Shown here in pieces: positions 16,527 through 23,545 of a DNA stretch of 24,590 bases; within the stretch, counting starts at the first letter, position 1; the number at the start of each line of letters is the position of its first letter. Position numbers and translations under genes: made by a program. Origin of the DNA: Candidatus Diapherotrites archaeon CG08_land_8_20_14_0_20_30_16 (GTDB taxonomy: Archaea; Iainarchaeota; Iainarchaeia; Iainarchaeales; 0-14-0-20-30-16); the NCBI GenBank assembly GCA_002779075.1, contig PEXK01000015.1:1-24590 (forward strand), given 5' to 3'. The notes below the pieces were generated by a model that saw only the letters and a list, made by a program, of their open reading frames with translations, was not told the DNA's origin and did not search any database.

Positions 16527-17012
16527 TTAAAATTCAACAACTCTGTTTGACGCTGTATTCAAAAGATCTTTTGTTACATGATCATTTGCCAATTGATTTA
16601 ACATTTTAGCAATTCTTATAGCATCAGAATTTCCTTGTATCGCCTGACTATAAACAATTTCTGCAACTATCCTCTGAACTTTTGGTTCGCCACTTGCTGT
16701 GAAAATTCCATAAAGTGTACTTGGTAGTCTTTTACTTTTTGCCAATACTTCATCTTCTTGCATTTTTTCTTTTAAATTATTTAATGTGTCTAATAAAGTA
16801 GACAAATTAATTTTTCTTGCTAAATAATCTCTATGTGTTCGAACTAAAGCTTCTTCAACATCTTGTCTATGCTCAGCATTTATTGTTTGTTCTGTTCTCA
16901 TACCTATTTGCCCTCTTTCTGTTCTTACTGGTTTTAGTTCTTTAAGTTTAAGTTCTTGATTATTTTTTTCATTTTTTGAAAAAAAACTTTTCAATCCATT
17001 CATTATGCTCAT
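16527..17012 (-). CDS. Unknown helical protein, paralog B of a tandem pair encoded between mutS and mutL
   Basis: The start is probably ATG 17012 (GGGTGAT upstream), 4 nt after the stop of paralog A. It aligns by eye with paralog A: an N-terminal LKSFFSK versus IKFFKRF, LLDTLNNLKEKM versus IINNLERLKRAL, QGNSDAIRIAKMLNQL versus ERGNAGAIFLAKRLLKA, and NTASNRVV versus SAASQKVV. Confidence 0.6.
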   Translation of the reverse strand: MSIMNGLKSFFSKNEKNNQELKLKELKPVRTERGQIGMRTEQTINAEHRQDVEEALVRTHRDYLARKINLSTLLDTLNNLKEKMQEDEVLAKSKRLPSTLYGIFTASGEPKVQRIVAEIVYSQAIQGNSDAIRIAKMLNQLANDHVTKDLLNTASNRVVEF

Positions 17013-17016
17013 GATA

Positions 17017-17484
17017 TCACCCTTTATCCTCATCTATTATTTTTAACTTTACTGGTTCTCTTATTTCAAGATTTACAACTTTTTGACTAGCTGCTGAAAT
17101 CAATACAGCCTTTATTTTCGGGTTCAATTTATCTTGGGCTTTTAAAAGTCTCTTTGCCAAAAATATTGCTCCGGCATTTCCTCTTTCTGCTAAAATCAAA
17201 AGAACATCACAAATTTTCCTTTTTAACAGATTATCTATCGTGCATTCGAAAAGCAAACCTAGCTTTGAGATTGTATTTTGGTCTACGTGCAAATCTTCAT
17301 GTATTGCTAATGCTCTTTTTAATCGTTCTAGATTGTTTATTATTTCAACAGTTCTGAAATCAGATCTAATGTGTTGATTATAAAGCCCATCAAATTCAGA
17401 TCTTAGATCTTCTACCAATGCTTTTTTAGATGTTGCATTTGGTTCTTTCTTTCTGGCAAACCTTTTGAAAAATTTAATTACCAT
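17017..17484 (-). CDS. Unknown helical protein, paralog A of a tandem pair encoded between mutS and mutL
   Basis: ATG 17484 lies 4 nt after the mutS stop (TAA 17489-17491). 155 aa, predicted helical by eye. The similarity to the downstream ORF is listed in that entry. Confidence 0.6.
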   Translation of the reverse strand: MVIKFFKRFARKKEPNATSKKALVEDLRSEFDGLYNQHIRSDFRTVEIINNLERLKRALAIHEDLHVDQNTISKLGLLFECTIDNLLKRKICDVLLILAERGNAGAIFLAKRLLKAQDKLNPKIKAVLISAASQKVVNLEIREPVKLKIIDEDKG

Positions 17485-17488
17485 AATT

Positions 17489-20400
17489 TTACCCGAACAA
17501 TGTCTTTTGTGGCAATTTGTTTTCTTTCTGTTGAGTTCTCTTCTCGTTTCTTGATTCTTCTTTTGGCAAAGAAGAATTGTACAGATTAGCAGTATTGTTG
17601 TTTAAATCCAAACTAGATTCTATTTCTTTTGCTCTTACAATTATAGAGTCTGGCAAACCCGCAAGCTTTGCAACACAAATACCGTAACTTTTGTCTATAC
17701 CTCCAGGTTCTATTTTCCTTAAAAATACTAAATTCCCATCAATTTCCTTTGCAGAAATGTGATAATTTTTTATCCCACCCAGCTGATTTTCGAGTTGGTT
17801 TAATTGATGATAATGTGTTGCAAACAATGTTTTTGAATGTATTTTTGTATGAATGTGTTCCAACACAGCCCATGCCAAGCTCATACCATCGTAAGTTGAT
17901 GTTCCTCTTCCTATTTCATCTAAAATCAAAAAACTATTTTCTGTTGCGTTGTTTAATATGTTTGATGTTTCTACCATCTCAACCATAAAAGTACTCAAAC
18001 CTAATGCTAAATTATCGCTGGCACCAATTCTTGTAAATAATTTATCAATAACACAAATGTCTGCAGAATCGCAAGGAACAAAAGAACCTATGTGTGCTAA
18101 TAAAATAATCAATGCATTTTGTCGTAAAAAGGTTGAATTGTGATTTATTAATCCATTAGCAACAAATGAATGTGTACTCGAAATTGAAAAATCATAAACC
18201 TCTTTTAATTTTGCTGATTTTTTAATTATGTCTATAGAATCATAAAAATAATTGTTATTAAATATTACTTTTAATTCCTCGCAATTAACATTATTTAACT
18301 CACAATAAGTAATTAGCTCTTTTAATTTTTTATGAGAGATGTTGCGTTTTGTTGGCAAATAAGTATAAAATATTGAATTAATGTTTTTAACTTTTTTAAT
18401 GGCTATTAATTTATTTGTTTTTGTAACAATTCTATTTTGAAGTTCTTTAAGAATGTTTTTCATGTAAGGTATACCATAATTAGGCATTCTTAATTTAGAT
18501 GCTAAGTTTTGTCTAACTTTTTTCCGTTTTAATTTAAACCCTATTTTTTTATGAAACATTATCGCATTTTCGCCAAAAATAGTTACCCTATAATTTTTAT
18601 TTCGATTTGTTTTTTTCTCTTTAAGCGATGAAATTATACCAAAATTAAGTAAGATTGTTTGAACTTGTTTGGCTAATTTTAATGAAGAAGTAGATACGCT
18701 CGCATTACCATATTTATTATCTGCTTCGCCATCAGTATCAAACAACCCTTTGAGAAATTCTCTAACAATGTTTTTGGGTGCACGTAATATGCTGTAGGGT
18801 ATTTCCTTTCTTAAAGCATTTACATAATCTAAACCCAATTCTTTAAAGAAAGACCTTATTTTAATACTGCCAATATAATGGTCCACGCCATTTTTCTTAG
18901 TCTTTACAATACAACCAAAATATTTGACAATAATTTTATTAAAACTAGTAATGATTTGTTTATCTATATTCGACAAATAGATATAGTTTTTGTAAGTTAA
19001 AGTCCCATCACCAATAAGTAAGCCGATTATATATGCGAGATCTTTATTAAGACTGGTAGGCAATTTGTAATTAATTACCCGTCCTCCATATGTATACTTT
19101 GATGCGTCTTTAATTATTTGGGCAGATATTTTTGTAGTTTTGCCCCAAAGATTAATTTTTCTTTTTATTATTATATAATCTGTATTTTTTATTTCTCCTA
19201 ATTTTCTCCAAATCTCTGCGCCCTCTTTATCCCTTACCAATATTGGATGATTATGTGTTCCTTCAATTGTGTATCCAAATTTAGTTACTAATTTGATTGT
19301 TGGCTTTTTTCCATCATAGTAAAAATGGGTTGTTTCTTTATTTTCATTTATTCCGTTAACAATTAATTTAAATGGACAAAATTGTCCCGGCTTTATCTTT
19401 ACAGGTTTAAACTGTTCTATTGGGATTAATCCCATCTCACTAAATATTATTGATTCTCCGACCAAACATTTCCCGCTCATATTTGGGCCTGTTATTATTA
19501 ATGTTGTTTCATTATTATCCATATACAAATCATTAGGAATGAATTTTTCGAAATCTATTTTTTCAATAACTGGATGTCTTCCATTTTTTATAAATATCTC
19601 GCCTTTTTTGTTTAAAATTGGCTTCACATATCTGTTTTTTGCTGCAACAACACTTAAAGATGCGTAAAAATCTATTTGTGCAATTTTGTTTGCGAGTTCA
19701 TATATTTCTTCTATGTGTTCTTTTGCCTCTTCTAAGATGTGAGAAAATAATTCTATTTCCAAATTACGACTTTTTTCTTCAGATCCCAAAACACTGTTCT
19801 CTAAATTTTTTAGTTCTTCTGTAATTAACCGTTCTGTATTAACCAAGGTCTGCCTTCTAACAAAATAAGGTGGCAATTCTTTTGCTTGAGATTTGGGCAA
19901 TTCAAAAAAGAAGCCAAATATTTTGTTATACCCTATTCGCAAAGTTTTAATGCCTGTGTTTTCCTTTTCTTTTATTTCTATCTTCAACAAAACATCTTTC
20001 AAATTTGTTTTTATCTCCAATAATTCATCTAACTCTTTATTGAAGCCTTTTCTTAGGAAATTTCCGTCTCGATAATTTACTGGAGGGTCATCTATTATTG
20101 CCTCAGATATTAATTTCGTAAAAGACAATAGATCCTTTGGCACATCAAAAAACAATTCTTCTAAATTACACGAATGTAAGAAATCAGAAAGAGGCAAAGT
20201 TGAGTTTATTGATTGTTCCAAAGAAATTAAATCTCTTGGAGATGCATTTCCATACATTATTTTTGAACCCAATCTTTCTAAATCCCAAATATTTGATAAA
20301 AATCCCGAAATATTAAAGGAAAGATTTGATTTTGTTATGCGCTCAACAATATTTAATCTTGAATTTATTTCTTCAAGGGTTTTCAAAGGCAAAATAATGT

Positions 20401-21316
20401 TTTTTTTCAAAAGTCTAGAGCCCATAGGTGTTTTTGTAAAATCTAAAACTGATAACAAAGTGTTTTTTTGATTACCATCTGAATTTTGTAAAAGCTCTAA
20501 ATTCTTTATGGTATGGGAATCTAATGCAACATATTTCTCTTTATCAAAAAATCTTATTTTTTTAACGTTTTTTAATTTGGATTTTTGAGTATGTTCGATA
20601 TATTGTAATAACGCTCCCACTGCACCAACAATTTCTATTTGGTTGTCCAAACCAAATGATTTCAAAGAAATTATATTGAAAGTGTCCTTTATCTTTTCTT
20701 CCCCAAAATCTTTGGCATAATAAATAAATGGTTGCTCATTAATTGTTGCTTGTAACGTGCGTGAGATAATATCTCTTAAATTAGTATCAAAAGAATCAGG
20801 AATCAAAATTTCTGCAGGATTTATCATTAACAAATCTGTTATTACTGATTCGTTAGTTGCGTTAAATACTTGAAATTCTCCTGTAGAAATATCTAAAAAT
20901 GCTATTCCTATTTTTTCATCTTTAAATAAAGAGAGTAAATAATTATTTGTTTTTGAATCTAAAAAATCATCTTCTATTATTGTTCCTGGAGTAACTGTTC
21001 TCACTACTTCGCGCTTTACAACTCTGCCTTTGGCTAATTTGGGATCTTCCATCTGTTCAATAATTGTTACTGTTTTTCCTGCAATAATTAGCTTTTTTAG
21101 ATAATGGTTTAATGAATGATGAGGAATGCCTGCCAAAGGCACCTTTGCTTTTGTGCCTCGTTTTGTTAAGGTTATGTTAAGAGTCTCTGATACTGTTTTT
21201 GCGTCCTCGAAAAAGCATTCATAAAAATCGCCCATTCTAAACAGCAAAACTGAATTTGGATACTGTTTTTTTATGTTCAAAAATTGTTTCAATGCAGGAG
21301 TAAGCTCTTCGGACAT
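17489..21316 (-). CDS. mutS: DNA mismatch repair protein MutS (MutS1 type), interrupted in-frame by an intein
   Basis: The mismatch-recognition motif GDFYECFFEDA (Phe-x-Glu) is at the N-terminus. The Walker A is split as TGPNMSGK|intein|STFLRQ. Downstream are ILDEIGRGTSTYDG and LFATHYH. The exteins total about 830 aa, a normal MutS size. The likely start is ATG 21316 (MSEELTP); the track uses TTG 21328. The C-terminus is ..PQKTLFG*. Confidence 0.9.
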   Translation of the reverse strand: MSEELTPALKQFLNIKKQYPNSVLLFRMGDFYECFFEDAKTVSETLNITLTKRGTKAKVPLAGIPHHSLNHYLKKLIIAGKTVTIIEQMEDPKLAKGRVVKREVVRTVTPGTIIEDDFLDSKTNNYLLSLFKDEKIGIAFLDISTGEFQVFNATNESVITDLLMINPAEILIPDSFDTNLRDIISRTLQATINEQPFIYYAKDFGEEKIKDTFNIISLKSFGLDNQIEIVGAVGALLQYIEHTQKSKLKNVKKIRFFDKEKYVALDSHTIKNLELLQNSDGNQKNTLLSVLDFTKTPMGSRLLKKNIILPLKTLEEINSRLNIVERITKSNLSFNISGFLSNIWDLERLGSKIMYGNASPRDLISLEQSINSTLPLSDFLHSCNLEELFFDVPKDLLSFTKLISEAIIDDPPVNYRDGNFLRKGFNKELDELLEIKTNLKDVLLKIEIKEKENTGIKTLRIGYNKIFGFFFELPKSQAKELPPYFVRRQTLVNTERLITEELKNLENSVLGSEEKSRNLEIELFSHILEEAKEHIEEIYELANKIAQIDFYASLSVVAAKNRYVKPILNKKGEIFIKNGRHPVIEKIDFEKFIPNDLYMDNNETTLIITGPNMSGKCLVGESIIFSEMGLIPIEQFKPVKIKPGQFCPFKLIVNGINENKETTHFYYDGKKPTIKLVTKFGYTIEGTHNHPILVRDKEGAEIWRKLGEIKNTDYIIIKRKINLWGKTTKISAQIIKDASKYTYGGRVINYKLPTSLNKDLAYIIGLLIGDGTLTYKNYIYLSNIDKQIITSFNKIIVKYFGCIVKTKKNGVDHYIGSIKIRSFFKELGLDYVNALRKEIPYSILRAPKNIVREFLKGLFDTDGEADNKYGNASVSTSSLKLAKQVQTILLNFGIISSLKEKKTNRNKNYRVTIFGENAIMFHKKIGFKLKRKKVRQNLASKLRMPNYGIPYMKNILKELQNRIVTKTNKLIAIKKVKNINSIFYTYLPTKRNISHKKLKELITYCELNNVNCEELKVIFNNNYFYDSIDIIKKSAKLKEVYDFSISSTHSFVANGLINHNSTFLRQNALIILLAHIGSFVPCDSADICVIDKLFTRIGASDNLALGLSTFMVEMVETSNILNNATENSFLILDEIGRGTSTYDGMSLAWAVLEHIHTKIHSKTLFATHYHQLNQLENQLGGIKNYHISAKEIDGNLVFLRKIEPGGIDKSYGICVAKLAGLPDSIIVRAKEIESSLDLNNNTANLYNSSLPKEESRNEKRTQQKENKLPQKTLFG
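18137..19468 (-). mobile_element. Intein (444 codons) with a LAGLIDADG homing endonuclease domain, inserted in the MutS P-loop
   Basis: Cys1 (TGT, 19466-19468) starts block A, CLVGESIIF. Block B is GTHNHPILV (TxxH). The LAGLIDADG motifs are LAYIIGLLIGDGTL (about 19001-19042) and REFLKGLFDTDGEA (about 18723-18764). The terminal block is VYDFSISSTHSFVANGLINHN, ending His-Asn (AAT 18137-18139) and followed by the +1 Ser (18134-18136). Removing it restores GPNMSGKSTFLRQ. Confidence 0.9.
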
Positions 21317-21452
21317 ATAATCACGCAAGTTTTATAAATACTTATATATAAAAGATATATAACTAATTGTTACATTAGACGTACTTATTTGTATATTGTT
21401 TAATTTCATAAATAGTATAAAATAGGGAAGAAACAGTATTTAAGGTGTTATT

Positions 21453-21998
21453 ATGTCATTTACAAAAAGATATAAAGAAACTTTGGTCAAAGTTTTATCA
21501 AAAAGGGAAGACAAAAACTATAATTATAGGGAAACTTACAAGAAAAGGCTTATGGACTTCAGGAAATTCGAAGGGACGGTTACTAAATTAGATGTGCCCA
21601 CCAACTTGGTAAGAGCAAAAGAATTGGGGTATAAAGCAAAAAAAGGGATTTTTACAGTAGTTGTTAGGGCTAGAAGAGGTCACGGATTATTTAGACCTGA
21701 ACACAATGCTAGAAGACCTAAAAGAATGGGTTTTACTAAGCTGACTAGAAATATAAGCATTCAAAGAATTTGTGAATTGAGAGCATCTGCAAGATATCCT
21801 AATTGCGAAGTTGTGAATTCTTATTTTGTAGGCGAAGATGGTAAATACAAATACTACGAAATAATCTTGGCGTCAAGAAACCAGCCAGAAATGCAAAAAG
21901 ACAAAGAATTGAAAAAAATCATAATGCACAAAGGCAGAGCTAATAGAGGCTTGACATCGCAAGGAAAAAAGAGTAGAGGATTAAGAAAAACAAAATAG
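21453..21998 (+). CDS. rpl15e: 50S ribosomal protein L15e (eL15)
   Basis: VPTNLVRAKELGYKAKKGIFTVVVRARRG and YPNCEVVNSYFVGEDGKYKYYEIIL match the archaeal eL15 pattern (compare RPTRLDKARxLGYKAKQG, NSY.VG.DG). AAGGTG lies upstream of the ATG. Confidence 0.85.
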   Translation: MSFTKRYKETLVKVLSKREDKNYNYRETYKKRLMDFRKFEGTVTKLDVPTNLVRAKELGYKAKKGIFTVVVRARRGHGLFRPEHNARRPKRMGFTKLTRNISIQRICELRASARYPNCEVVNSYFVGEDGKYKYYEIILASRNQPEMQKDKELKKIIMHKGRANRGLTSQGKKSRGLRKTK

Positions 21999-22090
21999 TT
22001 GTGATGGGTTTTAAACCCCAACACATAAGAATATGTTTTGATGTGGTAAATCCTAGCAACATACAAAATTGATATGTTCAGTGTGTAAAT

Positions 22091-22609
22091 ATGGACAAAG
22101 ATTATTTCTATAGGTATCAAAATCTAATTTTTGTATTTCCAGAACAGCTACCCACAACAGAAAAATTACAGAAAAAGGTTTGTGTATTCAGAAATAAAGA
22201 AGATGCAAAAAATCTGCAAAAGATACAAAGTACTTGTGACGCCACAGGAGTACTGTCTTCAAACCCAGAAACTATTGCTTTTTGGATAAACAAAAAAATT
22301 GATTATATAATAAATCCATTTGACTTTAGGGGTAAGGGATTTGATAAAAATACTTTTTCTATTTTAATTCAAAACAAAATATATCCTATAATCATTTTAG
22401 AAAAAATAATTTTGCAAAATTCTGAGCAGCAATTACAACTGTTTAAACATTTATTTTCATTTAACAAACTTTGTCAAAAATATAAACTTCCATTGATTAT
22501 TCTTTGTGAAGACCCAAGAGTTTGTATTGCTTTATATTATATTTTAGGATATAATGAAACACAAGCACAAAGCTTTTTAAAACAAATATTTGATGAGATG
22601 AATTTATGA
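22091..22609 (+). CDS. rnp3: RNase P protein component 3 (Rpp30-like), short form
   Basis: IDYIINPFDFRGKGFD...IYPIIILEKII...CQKYKLPLIILCED parallels the Rpp30 blocks (VDAIISP, ALGFSLRPLL, YKVRRFLTSSA). It occupies the position after eL15 and before Pop5, as in the archaeal exosome/RNase P superoperon. At 172 aa it is shorter than typical Rpp30. Confidence 0.55.
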   Translation: MDKDYFYRYQNLIFVFPEQLPTTEKLQKKVCVFRNKEDAKNLQKIQSTCDATGVLSSNPETIAFWINKKIDYIINPFDFRGKGFDKNTFSILIQNKIYPIIILEKIILQNSEQQLQLFKHLFSFNKLCQKYKLPLIILCEDPRVCIALYYILGYNETQAQSFLKQIFDEMNL

Positions 22610-22902
22610 AAAAGAAAATAAAAGCTCTGCCAAAAAGTATAAGAGAATCAAAAAGATACTTCCTTTTTGACTGTGTAGATATTGATCTAAGGAACATCAA
22701 AGATGCTTTCTTGTTTTTGTTTGGTAGCTTAAAACTAAGCGAAAGTGGATTTACAATAAAACCTGTTGAGAAGAAAAAAATAATCAAAATAAATAGAGAC
22801 TGCATAAATGAACTAATATTTAGCGTTTTTTATTATAACAAAACACAAAACAAAAATGCAAAAATTATAAAAGAATCCGGTACCCTCGAATCTCTGTTGT
22901 GA
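22606..22902 (+). CDS. rnp2: RNase P protein component 2 (Pop5-like)
   Basis: The N-terminal LPKSIRESKRYFLFD matches the Pop5 start (LPPxLRxxxRYI.FE). It is about 98 aa. A 4-nt ATGA overlap links it to the preceding gene. Confidence 0.6.
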   Translation: MKKKIKALPKSIRESKRYFLFDCVDIDLRNIKDAFLFLFGSLKLSESGFTIKPVEKKKIIKINRDCINELIFSVFYYNKTQNKNAKIIKESGTLESLL

Positions 22903-22922
22903 TACCCTGCAAATTGATATTT

Positions 22923-23222
22923 ATGGCAAAAAAAGATAAAGAAATTGCACAAGAAAGAAAAATAGAATTATTAAGCATTCTTAAAAAAACAAAAGATGAG
23001 ACCTTAAAAAATAATTGTGTTAAACAAATTGCTCTTTTGTCTGAGAGGTTTAATTTGCGAAGAACAAAAGAAGAAAAAGATTTATATTGCAAGTATTGCA
23101 GAACTGTTTATTCAAATAAAACAAAGACCCGGATTAAACACATTAAAAAAAACAAGAAAAAAATATTAAAGAAAATAATTATTTGTGGTAACTGTGGAAA
23201 AGATCAAAAACAAACTCTTTAG
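22923..23222 (+). CDS. rnp4: RNase P protein component 4 (Rpr2/Rpp21-like zinc ribbon protein)
   Basis: An N-terminal helical region is followed by a zinc ribbon, CKYC..(x28)..CGNC, within a basic sequence. The likely start is ATG 22923 (MAKKDKE); the track's GTG 22899 overlaps the Pop5 end. Confidence 0.55.
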   Translation: MAKKDKEIAQERKIELLSILKKTKDETLKNNCVKQIALLSERFNLRRTKEEKDLYCKYCRTVYSNKTKTRIKHIKKNKKKILKKIIICGNCGKDQKQTL

Positions 23223-23532
23223 ACAATATGAGATTTATGTACTGATTGGAATTATTATTATTGCCTTGGCTTTGCTTTTCTTTTTAACCGCCACACCTAC
23301 TAAAGAAATACAGGAATTAAAAAATTATCAAAATGGCAAATTTAATACCTCTGGTTTTGTTTCCGATTTAAAAGTATTTGATAATTACACAAAATTCAAA
23401 TTAAGTGATTCAACGGATTCTATTCAAGTAATTGCATTCTATAAAATAACAGATATAACTGTTGGCACAAAAATAGATATTATTTGCAATCTACAAACAA
23501 CAAACTACGGCAAAGAATGTGTTATTGATTAA
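23185..23532 (+). CDS. Membrane-anchored OB-fold-like protein (function unknown)
   Basis: One N-terminal TM helix (YVLIGIIIIALALLFFL). It is followed by a beta-rich segment with an OB-fold/tRNA_anti-like pattern (GFVSDLKVFDNYTKFKLSDSTDSIQVIAFY..VGTKIDIICNL). The start is ambiguous (GTG 23185 or 23194) and overlaps the rnp4 end. Confidence 0.4.
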   Translation: MVTVEKIKNKLFRQYEIYVLIGIIIIALALLFFLTATPTKEIQELKNYQNGKFNTSGFVSDLKVFDNYTKFKLSDSTDSIQVIAFYKITDITVGTKIDIICNLQTTNYGKECVID

Positions 23533-23545
23533 GAAAAAAGGTAGG

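Noticed and set aside
16328-16540. 70-aa minus-strand ORF in the mutS-operon/mutL gap
   Set aside because: Its sequence (..FLLRFFSLFRLFTNMLLFSLF..) is the hydrophobic mirror of a K/R/E-rich plus-strand frame. It overlaps the stop of the upstream gene and has no Shine-Dalgarno or TATA element. The plus-strand 57-codon ORF or a plain spacer explains the region better.
22006-22019. GGGTTTTAAACCCC inverted repeat after the eL15 gene as a terminator hairpin
   Set aside because: The stem is only about 4-6 bp with a minimal loop and no following T-run. Archaeal termination does not require hairpins, so this is not distinguishable from chance.
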